The notes: generated from the sequence alone by a model not told the origin. 64,000 nt of DNA from an uncultured Muribaculaceae bacterium (GCA_964391675.1 CAYMMX010000006.1:33546-97545); one strand, 5' to 3'; counted from the stretch's first letter, positions 38,204-47,428 are shown. Program-made: numbers and translations.

Positions 38204-39967
38204 ATGATAAAAGATAAAATTAAATTTATTCTTAAAAATAAATACTTACAAATAATATTAATAACAATATTAGCAGCTATTGTTAGATTAATCAGTATAA
38301 ATAGAGAAACAGGGCTTTGGTATGATGAAATGATAACTTACATTTTATCTTCTAAAGATTCATTTTCAGCAATAATGCAGGGACTCTTAAAAGAAGAATA
38401 TCATATGCCGCTTTATTATTTTTATATAAATATTTGGACAAAATTATTTGGAACAAACGACATAATTTTACGATTATCGTCTGCTATTTGGGGAATTCTA
38501 ACAATTCCCGCTTTGTATATTTTGGGAAGTATTTATAAATCAAAAAAAGTCGGTTGCTTGCTTGCTTTAATAGGAAGTCTTAGCCCAATATTAATTTACT
38601 ATTCACAAGAATTTAGATTTTATGCTTTAGCAATTTTTTTAGCAACCGTTTCCGTAATTTTTTTACTTAAAAGTATTGATGCTCCAAATAAGACTAATTT
38701 GTTTTTTTTATATTCAACTAATTTGATTTTAATATATATATATTCTTTGAGTATTATTTTTGTGGGTTTGGAGATTTTATTACTTTTAATACATTTTTTT
38801 AGCGAAAAAAAAGAATTTCTAAAAAACTTTACCATAATTACAACAATATTTTTTATATTGACAATTCCATACTGCTTAATACTCTTAAATTTTTTATACA
38901 CTTCAAATCAAGTTTTTGTAGATGCTATGGGTTGGGCAATACTTAATAATTTATCAATTTTATTTATATTAAACGATTTGCTCTCACCTTTTATAACTTG
39001 CTATTACGGGCATGATCCAAATGCATATTTTCAATTGATACAAAACCCAGCTACAATTAGTTTAAGCTTATTTTTATATTTACCATGCATTTGTCTAATT
39101 TGTGGATTGATATTCGAACTTCTAAATCTAAGCAAAAAAAGTAAATACATGTTAATAATTCTATTTTCTTTTATGTCCATAGAATTGCTGCTTGCATACC
39201 TTGGAAATATTTCATTAATAAGCAGATATACATTAATAGTGGTTCCTATTATTTTATTAATGTCCGCAAGCGGAATACTTTCATTAAAAAATAAATTCAT
39301 AAAATATGCTATGATTGGAATTATATTAACGTCTTTCTCTTATTTTGCATTAGAAAATAATAAATATCCGAATATAAAAGTTGATGGGGTAAAACCGCCT
39401 GCAGATATATTAATGCAAGAAAATCCTGATAATGATTATTTAATCGCAACAGAACGTTCAGAAATATTAAAAAAATATGTTAAAAGGTTTAATTTTATTG
39501 ATTTTGATTCGCATAAAATAATAGTAATGGATAAAACAAAACAAGAAAATTTAAAAATATTTGATAAAAATTTTGTAAAAACAACAAATATACATAATTC
39601 TACAAAAAAATTGGTTAAGTACTTCTTAGACTCAAATCCTACACCTGATTTACAAAATTTTGTAAATAATCAAATATCTATAATCCCAAAAAATAAATAC
39701 CTATACTTTGTTGAAGGACCCAATTACTACGGAAAAACAGATAATAATAGTATGATAATGTATACATTAGCTTACATAAATGGATTGATAAGTGAAAAGG
39801 AATACAGAAATACAATGTTTTTAAGATTAAATGAAAAAATAAATTTTGATTTAAAAAATGCATTAAAAAATAATATTTCATTAAAAGAAATTGAAGTAAA
39901 AACTACAACAATATCAAATGGTTTTATTAACTGCAGGTGGGATATAACAATTTATAAAAAATTATAA
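38204..39967 (+). CDS. GT-C fold membrane glycosyltransferase, tandem paralogue 4
   Basis: 587 aa. 'GLWYDEMI', 'HMPLYYFYIN', 'YYSQEFRFYA', and C-terminal 'ITIYKKL'. There is a 14-nt gap to paralogue 3 and an SD, AGGAA. Confidence 0.8.
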   Translation: MIKDKIKFILKNKYLQIILITILAAIVRLISINRETGLWYDEMITYILSSKDSFSAIMQGLLKEEYHMPLYYFYINIWTKLFGTNDIILRLSSAIWGILTIPALYILGSIYKSKKVGCLLALIGSLSPILIYYSQEFRFYALAIFLATVSVIFLLKSIDAPNKTNLFFLYSTNLILIYIYSLSIIFVGLEILLLLIHFFSEKKEFLKNFTIITTIFFILTIPYCLILLNFLYTSNQVFVDAMGWAILNNLSILFILNDLLSPFITCYYGHDPNAYFQLIQNPATISLSLFLYLPCICLICGLIFELLNLSKKSKYMLIILFSFMSIELLLAYLGNISLISRYTLIVVPIILLMSASGILSLKNKFIKYAMIGIILTSFSYFALENNKYPNIKVDGVKPPADILMQENPDNDYLIATERSEILKKYVKRFNFIDFDSHKIIVMDKTKQENLKIFDKNFVKTTNIHNSTKKLVKYFLDSNPTPDLQNFVNNQISIIPKNKYLYFVEGPNYYGKTDNNSMIMYTLAYINGLISEKEYRNTMFLRLNEKINFDLKNALKNNISLKEIEVKTTTISNGFINCRWDITIYKKL

Positions 39968-39971
39968 TAAC

Positions 39972-40652
39972 TTAATATTCGAAGTGCTCTTTTGTCTGCA
40001 GATATTCTCTAATATTATTTAATGATGCCTGAACAATCCTCGTAATTCTAGAAGAAGAAAGCCCAACCTGTCTTGCAATATCTTTAACCTGCATATTTCT
40101 ATAGAACCTGTATTCTACAATGGTTCTGTCTTTTTGTGGCAAGGTTGAAATAGCTTCTCTAATCATTCTTCCCATTTCTGTAATTTCAGCCTTTTCATCA
40201 GGCATAGCCGACATATCTTTAATAAAATCAAACGGAGAATCATTATCAGAAGATGCAGAAGCAATACTATCAATTGATAATATTGTTTCATAAATAGCTT
40301 CTCTAACTTTACCCGGAGAAATTGCCAAACCGTCTGTTTCCTCTGATGTCTCATCAGATGTAAATTCTTCGGCAGATTCTTCTGTTTTGGTATGCTTAAG
40401 AGTATACCATTTATAACGATTTCTTAATTCATTTCTAATTGCCCACCTAACAGCTGTTCCAATATAAGCTGAATTATATTTTTCTAACTGTTCCTCGGTT
40501 TTGTTTTTTATCATTACTTGCACAGCAATAATACCAATACTGACAAGTTCCTCGTATTCTATCATATGCGAAGGAATACGCCTGTGTTCAACCTTGGCAA
40601 CCTTTTGGACTATTTCTAAATATTCTTTAATCTTTGATTTTTCTTGCATCAA
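39972..40652 (-). CDS. fliA: sigma-70 family sigma factor, FliA/sigma-28-like
   Basis: Region 2 'YIGTAVRWAIRNELRNRY', and region 4 HTH 'RTIVEYRFYRNMQVKDIARQVGLSSSRITRIVQASL'. It lies 5 nt downstream of flhB. An acidic Ser/Glu/Thr-rich linker separates the two regions. Confidence 0.72.
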   Translation of the reverse strand: MMQEKSKIKEYLEIVQKVAKVEHRRIPSHMIEYEELVSIGIIAVQVMIKNKTEEQLEKYNSAYIGTAVRWAIRNELRNRYKWYTLKHTKTEESAEEFTSDETSEETDGLAISPGKVREAIYETILSIDSIASASSDNDSPFDFIKDMSAMPDEKAEITEMGRMIREAISTLPQKDRTIVEYRFYRNMQVKDIARQVGLSSSRITRIVQASLNNIREYLQTKEHFEY

Positions 40653-40657
40653 CGTGT

Positions 40658-41755
40658 TTATTTATTTTTCTCCGTATTGTCTATTATTCTACCTTGATTT
40701 TGATTATTTTTCAAGCTGTAAACAAAAAGTAAAATTTCTGCTACTGCTTTATATAAATCCGGCGGTATTAATTGATTAACCTCAACCATCCTAAAAAGAG
40801 CTCTGGCAACAGGTGCATTGTCAATAACAGGGATTCCTTTATTAATTGCAATATCTATAATTTTTTTTGCAATAAGCTCTGTACCTTTTGCAATAAGCAT
40901 TGGTGATTCCATCTCATTTGCTACATATTTAAGAGCACAGGCAACGTGAATAGGGTTTCTTACAACGAAATCCGCTGTTTCAACTGCATCCATCATACTT
41001 TTTTGTAACATTTGTGTTCGTCTTTGACGAAGTGCAGCCTTAACATTAGGATCACCTTCTGTGTTTTTGTATTCATCTTTTATTTCTTTAAAAGACATTT
41101 TTTGATCTTTTAAAAACTTCCATTTTGTAACCATATAGTCAGCTGCAGAAATAACCAAAAAAGCGATACAAGCCTTAAACACAAACTCAACTACCAACTT
41201 ACCGAATTCAATTAATACCGCGAAATTATTATCAATTGAGGCTAAGCTTAAAATATTTTCGATATGTGCTGAATAAACCAGCCAGCCAATCCAACCTAAT
41301 ATAACAACTTTTAATATATTCTTAAAAAGTTCAAATAAAGTTTTAATCGACATAATATTTTTAAAATACTTAGTGGGATTTAATTTATCAAGTTTTGGAG
41401 ACAAAGGTGCAAACGAAACAAGAGGACCAACCTGTATAAAATCCGCAAGTATAGCAACAAGCCAGGCAACAAATAAAATAGGGCCTATAATTAACACTGT
41501 AGGAACAATTGCAATAGTAAAAATATAGGGTAAACCAATATTACTTAAATGTTGGTTTGGAATTTGCTCATAACAAAGTACAAATAGTTTTGAAATTTGA
41601 TCCCAAATTAAAGGAGATAAGGCATATATAGCACTAAATACAATAAGCAAAGAAATAGCCGTTGAAAAATCCTTTGATTTAACAACCTGTCCCTCTTTTC
41701 TTGCCTGTTCCAATTTTCGAGGGGTGGCTTCAAACTGCTTATCTTCATCACCCAT
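40658..41755 (-). CDS. flhB: flagellar type III export apparatus protein FlhB
   Basis: 'FEATPRKLEQARKEGQV' at the N-terminus, four TM segments, and the autocleavage region 'VVRNPIHVACALKY' (NPIH in place of canonical NPTH). Confidence 0.88.
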   Translation of the reverse strand: MGDEDKQFEATPRKLEQARKEGQVVKSKDFSTAISLLIVFSAIYALSPLIWDQISKLFVLCYEQIPNQHLSNIGLPYIFTIAIVPTVLIIGPILFVAWLVAILADFIQVGPLVSFAPLSPKLDKLNPTKYFKNIMSIKTLFELFKNILKVVILGWIGWLVYSAHIENILSLASIDNNFAVLIEFGKLVVEFVFKACIAFLVISAADYMVTKWKFLKDQKMSFKEIKDEYKNTEGDPNVKAALRQRRTQMLQKSMMDAVETADFVVRNPIHVACALKYVANEMESPMLIAKGTELIAKKIIDIAINKGIPVIDNAPVARALFRMVEVNQLIPPDLYKAVAEILLFVYSLKNNQNQGRIIDNTEKNK

Positions 41756-41863
41756 TCGTTATCTCACTAAATCTATTGTTACATTATCTAAAATAAATTT
41801 TACCCTGCTCAACATTAATATGCATAACTTCTACCAACATATTATCATATTAATAATAAATAC

Positions 41864-42514
41864 TTATTTTACAATTTCTATACCAGAACTTGTACCTAAC
41901 CTTGAAGCCCCTACATTAATTAAGGATATAGCTTTTTGTTTATCGCGAATTCCCGCTGAAGCTTTAACCTGCAACCCAAATGGGGAAATTATTCGATACA
42001 TTAATTCAACATCTTCTATTTTTGCCCCCACACCGTTTTTTACAAAACCGGTGGAAGTTTTAACAAAATCTGCTTTAGCATTAATACATAACTTGCAAGC
42101 ATTTTCTATTTCTTCTTTGTTTAATAAATCTGTTTCAATAATTACTTTTAAAGGCTTATCAGCACATGCCATTTTAACTGTTTCTATATCTTTTTGCACA
42201 GCATTAAAATTTTTATCTTTTAATAAGCCTACATTTATAACCATATCAATTTCATCCGCGCCATCACCTACTGCAAGTTTTGTTTCGTATGCTTTAGCAT
42301 CAGACCTGCTTGCACCAAGAGGAAATCCAACAACTGTAATTATTTTAATCTCTTTATCGATTAAATAATCTTTTGCAAACCTTACATTAACAGGGTTTAT
42401 ACAAACACCTAAAAATTCATTTTCTATAGCTTCTTCAAAAAGTTTTTTTAATTCTTCTTTTGTAGCATCCGGTTTTAAAAGAGTATGCTCAATGTACTTA
42501 CTTAAATTTTCCAT
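41864..42514 (-). CDS. deoC: deoxyribose-phosphate aldolase
   Basis: 'IEHTLLKPDAT', 'VCINP', 'DMVINVG' and the Schiff-base Lys in 'FVKTSTGF'. Confidence 0.9.
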   Translation of the reverse strand: MENLSKYIEHTLLKPDATKEELKKLFEEAIENEFLGVCINPVNVRFAKDYLIDKEIKIITVVGFPLGASRSDAKAYETKLAVGDGADEIDMVINVGLLKDKNFNAVQKDIETVKMACADKPLKVIIETDLLNKEEIENACKLCINAKADFVKTSTGFVKNGVGAKIEDVELMYRIISPFGLQVKASAGIRDKQKAISLINVGASRLGTSSGIEIVK

Positions 42515-42548
42515 GAATTAATATCCTTATATTTTTATTATTATAGAA

Positions 42549-43379
42549 TTATTCTGCACGTCTTAACTGAGTATAAACGTTATAACCTTTTTTATCGTTG
42601 CCTACTATTTCTACAACTTTATAATTATGCGGAGGCTCCATAAGTGCAGGAGTACTAACATGATAAACACCATTTACTAATTTTTCTGCATTTGCATGAT
42701 AATGACCTGAAAAAATAGCAATAATATTTTTATGCTTGTTAATAACATCCTTATACTCTTCAGCATTATATGTTGAGTGAGTTCTATTATAATATGGTGC
42801 TTCTATAGGAAAATGCTGGAATATTATTACATTCTCATGCTTATAATGGGTTAATTTTTTATTCAACCACCTCAAAGTATCTTTTTTATAATACCCTGCA
42901 GGACCGGGAATTATTTCTTTTGCCCCGTCAACAACTAAAAAAACAAAACCTTTTTTAGTAAAAACATAATTTGCACCACTTGGGCGACAGTTCTTAGAAT
43001 ATCTTCTTACAACTTTCATATAATCTTTTTTATCAAAATGTTGAGATCTGAAAACTTCATGGTTACCAATCACAACATAATACGGAGCTTTAAGTCTGTT
43101 AGCTATTTTTAAAAATGCTTTTAAATCCTCATCATCAGCCTGATCAATATTATCACCGGTAAAAACAACAAAATCTACATTCGCAATAGAATTAATATCA
43201 TCCACTGTTTTTTCCAAAACACTTTTGGATTTAACAACTCCTCTGTTTGCATATTCCAAACCACTTGCCGAAAAATGGGTATCAGTTAACTGCACAAATT
43301 TTAAATCTTTTGCATATACATTAGATACAATAAAAATTAGTGCTATAAAAACAAAATAAATTTTTAATAAAAATTTCAT
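42549..43379 (-). CDS. secreted metallophosphoesterase (calcineurin-like)
   Basis: It has a signal peptide and the motifs 'LTDTHF', 'TGDNID', 'GNHE' and 'GHYH'. Confidence 0.82.
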   Translation of the reverse strand: MKFLLKIYFVFIALIFIVSNVYAKDLKFVQLTDTHFSASGLEYANRGVVKSKSVLEKTVDDINSIANVDFVVFTGDNIDQADDEDLKAFLKIANRLKAPYYVVIGNHEVFRSQHFDKKDYMKVVRRYSKNCRPSGANYVFTKKGFVFLVVDGAKEIIPGPAGYYKKDTLRWLNKKLTHYKHENVIIFQHFPIEAPYYNRTHSTYNAEEYKDVINKHKNIIAIFSGHYHANAEKLVNGVYHVSTPALMEPPHNYKVVEIVGNDKKGYNVYTQLRRAE

Positions 43380-43467
43380 TAACTTGAAAAACCCCTTGTG
43401 CTATGTTAGACTTCTCTTATTGTAATTGTAGCACAAAAACTAATTGCCGAAATCTAAAGGAGAATAA

Positions 43468-45246
43468 ATGAACAACTCTTTACAAAAGAATAAAAAACAA
43501 TTATTAACTGAAAAAATTGAAACAATCGCAAAAAATCATCCTGAAATACTTTGTTTAAGTATAATTGCAATCAGTTGTTTATTCTTTTTATTCTTTGGCT
43601 TGGGTTTTTACCCCTTAATAGATGTTGATGAAACAAGATATGCAGTTATGGCAAGAGATTTAATATATTCCAACGACTGGAACAGTTTAATGCTTAACAA
43701 AATTCCGTTTCTGGAAAAACCTCCGTTATATTTTTGGATTGTTGGTGCATCAATAAAGATATTCGGTGATTTTAATCCATTTATAGTAAGATTGCCTATA
43801 GCAATCTTAACTTCTTTTTTAGTTTTCTTTACATATTTTTTAGGCCGCAGGGTAATATCAAGAAAATTTGGCGTTATTAGCTCTATTACCCTGCTTTCCA
43901 GTACGTTTTTTTTAATATTATCACATATTGCCATTCTTGATATGGTTCTAACGATATTCATGACAAGTGCAATATATTTTGGATTTTTAACCCATTTTTG
44001 CAAAGAAGAAAATAAAGAGTATTATTGGTTTTTGTTTTATGTTTTTATGGGGCTTGGTTTTTTGGCAAAAGGTATTTTAGCCCTTGTAATTCCCGTTACA
44101 ATAATGTTTATATGTAATTTTCTAACAAAGTCAATTAAAGATATTTTTAAACCGATAAACTTACTACCCGGGCTAATTGTCTTTATTGCAATAATTACAC
44201 CATGGCATGTAATCATGTATCAAAAATATGGTTATTTATTTGTTAAAGATTATTTTTTAATCCACCATTTCGGAAGATTTATGGGTTCGGAATATCTTGG
44301 CAGAGAAAGACCTATATGGTATTTTATACCCGTATTTTTAGCAGGTTTTATGCCTTGGACTTTTGTATTTATATCTTATGTTGTTAACAACTTTAAAAAA
44401 CTGAAAGTAAAATTTAAAAGTATAAACGGGAATTTTTTAATAAAATTACAAAATATACTTACTGTCGAAAATAATGAACAAAAACTAATTTTATTTGCAA
44501 CGGTAAGTTTCATAATAATATTTTGTTTATTTAGCAGTTCAAGTACTAAATTACCTACGTACATCTTGCCTGTTTTTCCTTTTGCAGCAATCTTAATAGG
44601 ACATTTTTGGTACACAAGCGAAGAAAAAAATGAAAACCAAAAAACAATCTATTCTACAGGAATGTTTTTTGCAATATTATTGATAACAATAGCTATAAGC
44701 GCAACATTTTCTTATTATTTTATGCCTGAAGATTTAAAAGTAAAATTACTTACTGTAATGGATTTTTCAATACTAGGATTATATTTAATCGGAACATTTA
44801 TGCTTTTCAGGACAAATACAAAAAAAATTATGGCGATATATTCCGGCTATATAGTCACAATGATCTTTATAATAACACTTGCTGTAAATCAAATATTTTT
44901 ACTTGTGTATAACGGCGGTGAAAATGAGCTGATAGAATATTCTACATATAGCGCAAATTCTATAACCAAATCTCAGCTAGTAACTTTTGATTTTGCAGTA
45001 AAGCCGAGTATATTAATCAATTATAAGGATAAAGTGGATTTTATAACCGACCCGGACTTCAAAAAGTTAGATAATGCTTTAAGCTACAATAAAGGTCCGA
45101 CTTTTGTCATTGTAAAAAATAAAAATTTTAAAGATAATGAAAAATACAAACAAGAAATAGACAAACGATTAAACTTATTAAAAATAGGTGATAGATACTC
45201 CTTATACGTGAGAAATCCTAAAAACAGAATTTTAACCTATTATTAA
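43468..45246 (+). CDS. GT-C fold membrane glycosyltransferase, canonical ArnT/PMT_2-like (fifth GT-C gene in the window)
   Basis: 592 aa. 'YPLIDVDETRYAVMARDL', 'FLEKPPLYFWI' and 'GFLAKG'. Its C-terminal domain is unrelated to that of the tandem array. Confidence 0.85.
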   Translation: MNNSLQKNKKQLLTEKIETIAKNHPEILCLSIIAISCLFFLFFGLGFYPLIDVDETRYAVMARDLIYSNDWNSLMLNKIPFLEKPPLYFWIVGASIKIFGDFNPFIVRLPIAILTSFLVFFTYFLGRRVISRKFGVISSITLLSSTFFLILSHIAILDMVLTIFMTSAIYFGFLTHFCKEENKEYYWFLFYVFMGLGFLAKGILALVIPVTIMFICNFLTKSIKDIFKPINLLPGLIVFIAIITPWHVIMYQKYGYLFVKDYFLIHHFGRFMGSEYLGRERPIWYFIPVFLAGFMPWTFVFISYVVNNFKKLKVKFKSINGNFLIKLQNILTVENNEQKLILFATVSFIIIFCLFSSSSTKLPTYILPVFPFAAILIGHFWYTSEEKNENQKTIYSTGMFFAILLITIAISATFSYYFMPEDLKVKLLTVMDFSILGLYLIGTFMLFRTNTKKIMAIYSGYIVTMIFIITLAVNQIFLLVYNGGENELIEYSTYSANSITKSQLVTFDFAVKPSILINYKDKVDFITDPDFKKLDNALSYNKGPTFVIVKNKNFKDNEKYKQEIDKRLNLLKIGDRYSLYVRNPKNRILTYY

Positions 45247-45253
45247 TAAAACA

Positions 45254-45387
45254 AGATTGTATAAACTTCCTTAAAAAATTTTCAAGGTTTGATATTATGC
45301 TAAATTTTTATTACCACACCAAAATAAATAATTTTGTGCCTTGATTTAAAATATCAAAGTAATATCATACAAACATTTATACAATCT
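45254..45387. repeat. 12-bp inverted repeat pair bracketing a convergent intergenic region
   Basis: AGATTGTATAAA (45254-45265) pairs with TTTATACAATCT (45376-45387). A shorter inner inverted repeat pairs TTTGATATT with AATATCAAA. Confidence 0.8.
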
Positions 45388-45406
45388 CATCTAATTTATT
45401 ATTTTT

Positions 45407-45592
45407 TTAATATTCTTCAATTTTAATCGCATTAACGGGACAAGCTAAAGCAGCATCAATACAATCATCTTCGTTGCCTTCAACATATTCCTGATTAACG
45501 GTTGCAAAATTATTATAAATTTCAAAAACCTCGGGATTAATCGCAGAACATGCGCCACATCCCGTACAATTATTTGATATTGAAACTATCAT
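45407..45592 (-). CDS. small ferredoxin (single [4Fe-4S]/[3Fe-4S] type)
   Basis: 61 aa. 'CTGCGACSAINPEVF...CIDAALACPVNAI'. An SD, GGGAG, lies upstream. Confidence 0.8.
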   Translation of the reverse strand: MIVSISNNCTGCGACSAINPEVFEIYNNFATVNQEYVEGNEDDCIDAALACPVNAIKIEEY

Positions 45593-45722
45593 TAAAAATT
45601 CTCCCTAACACTAATACATTATCAATAATTACATATTTGAAGAAACAAAAAATCAGTAAAATTGCTAATTTAGCGTTAGTCAAATTAACTATTCAAATAA
45701 TATAGAAATTTAAAATAAGTAA

Positions 45723-45959
45723 CTAAGCCTCAATGAAAAGTCTTTGACCTACTATATTCGCCTTTCCATTATAATATCCAGCAAAATATCCTCCCTGCAT
45801 CGGGTTATTTTTAGCATAAGTCCTATAGCTATTACTATTTTCTGATGAAACAAAAGGGTTTGTAAAAGGATTATTGGAAACAGCTCTAATTGAAGTACTT
45901 CTTTGGGTTTTTTCGGGCAAAAATGTTTTTGATAATAAATTTACGATATTTGCAACCAT
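45723..45959 (-). CDS. hypothetical 78-aa protein
   Basis: SD AAAGGAG upstream. It is Asn/Ser/Gly/Tyr-rich and likely disordered. No family recognised. Confidence 0.5.
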   Translation of the reverse strand: MVANIVNLLSKTFLPEKTQRSTSIRAVSNNPFTNPFVSSENSNSYRTYAKNNPMQGGYFAGYYNGKANIVGQRLFIEA

Positions 45960-46127
45960 AAAGCTCCTTTCACTTCACTTTGCATAAATATATTTAATGA
46001 TTTATTTGATATTGTCAATTATATTATTAAATCGAATAAAATTGTTTGAATCTTTATTAAAATCATTCGTTTATTTGATTTATGACAATCATATCAATTT
46101 GATGATTATTGTAGTATAATTCCGTTT

Positions 46128-47372
46128 ATGGATAAAAAAACGGCTAAAAAAGTACTAATCATAGGTTCTTCTGCAGAGGAATATTCTCTTGCAAAAAAAT
46201 TGTCTCAACTTGAAGAGATTTCAGATGTTTTTGTAGCCCCCGGTAATGATGCAATGAAAGAATTCTCAACCGTTGTCGATATAAGAGAAAAAAACATTGA
46301 AGAATTGTTAGATTTTGCACTTGAAAACGAAATTAGTTTAACAGTAGCATCTAGCGAATCAGCAATAAAAGAAGATATTGCAACAATATTTCAACAAAAT
46401 AATCAAATGATATTTGCTCCAACAAAAGACAGTGCCTATATTTGCTTGAACAAATCCGCATGTAAAAAATTTATGTATAAAATAAAAATTCCATGTCCAA
46501 GGTTTGGTATTTTTGATAAAGCGACATTAGCTATTGATTACGTAAGAAAATCCAATATGCCGTTAGTAATAAAAACCGACATTCACCAAAATAAAGGTGT
46601 GCTAATTTGTAATTCTTTTTCTTACGCTAAAGATTTTATTGAATATCTTTTTGAAAATAACGAAAAAAAAGTAATAATAGAAGATTACATTTTTGGACAC
46701 GAATTTTCTTTTTATGTCATAACTGACGGATATCATGCCCTCCCTATAGGAACTGTAGCGAATTACAAACATGAACTGGAAGGCAATGGTGGTCATTTAA
46801 CCTCCGGTCTGGGTTCTTATGCTCCAGATTATAAAATTTCAAAGCAAACAGAAGACAAAATTCTAAAACAAATAATTTATCCTTTGTTAGACACTCTCGC
46901 AAAACAACAAACTCCATATGTAGGTATTCTTGGTGTGAGCTTGGTTATTGATGATTTAGAACAATTATTTGCTCTCGAATTTAACACATTCTTAAAGTCA
47001 CCTGATTGCCAAACAATTTTGCCACTTATTGATGAAAATATTTATAATTTGTTTGAAGCATGCTCAATAGGTTCTTTTGCAGACGATTATGAAACAATAG
47101 ATATTTCAGATAATGCTGCTGTTTCTTGCGTCATTTCAACAAAAGAGAAAGATTCTATTATTTATGGACTGGATGATTTAGATGAAAACACCTTAGTTGC
47201 TCATTTTAATACAATAAAAAATAAATATCTTGAATATGAAACTGTTGAAGGCAGAACTTTAATTTTAACAAGAAAAGCAAGGGTTCTATCAAAAGCAATA
47301 AACGATTTATATGATGAAATTCCTATAATAAAATTTAATGGCATGAAATATCGTAAAGATATTGGGAAATAA
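46128..47372 (+). CDS. PurD-like ATP-grasp protein with substituted hallmark motifs; function uncertain
   Basis: 414 aa, colinear with phosphoribosylamine-glycine ligase ('VFVAPGN', 'PLVIKTD', 'IEDYIFGHEFSF', C-terminal 'RKDIG'). However 'GGREHA' reads 'SSAEEYS', 'GPNTGGMG' reads 'GHLTSGLG', and 'RFGDPE' reads 'FLKSPD'. Confidence 0.65.
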   Translation: MDKKTAKKVLIIGSSAEEYSLAKKLSQLEEISDVFVAPGNDAMKEFSTVVDIREKNIEELLDFALENEISLTVASSESAIKEDIATIFQQNNQMIFAPTKDSAYICLNKSACKKFMYKIKIPCPRFGIFDKATLAIDYVRKSNMPLVIKTDIHQNKGVLICNSFSYAKDFIEYLFENNEKKVIIEDYIFGHEFSFYVITDGYHALPIGTVANYKHELEGNGGHLTSGLGSYAPDYKISKQTEDKILKQIIYPLLDTLAKQQTPYVGILGVSLVIDDLEQLFALEFNTFLKSPDCQTILPLIDENIYNLFEACSIGSFADDYETIDISDNAAVSCVISTKEKDSIIYGLDDLDENTLVAHFNTIKNKYLEYETVEGRTLILTRKARVLSKAINDLYDEIPIIKFNGMKYRKDIGK

Positions 47373-47407
47373 ATAAGCGAAATTTCATTATGAAATTTCG
47401 CTTATTT
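47371..47407. terminator. bidirectional hairpin between the purD-like gene and the convergent HEAT-like gene
   Basis: AAATAAGCGAAATTTC-(loop)-GAAATTTCGCTTATTT, starting at the stop codon. Confidence 0.6.
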
Positions 47408-47428
47408 ATAATTTAAACTTTAATATTT

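Noticed and set aside
41724-42368. 214-aa plus-strand ORF, the longest unexplained ORF in the track
   Set aside because: It lies entirely antisense to deoC and the flhB start, both of which have clear family motifs. Its translation is low-complexity (Ile/Ser/Leu/Thr/Phe-rich), as expected from reading AT-rich coding DNA backwards. It has no SD.
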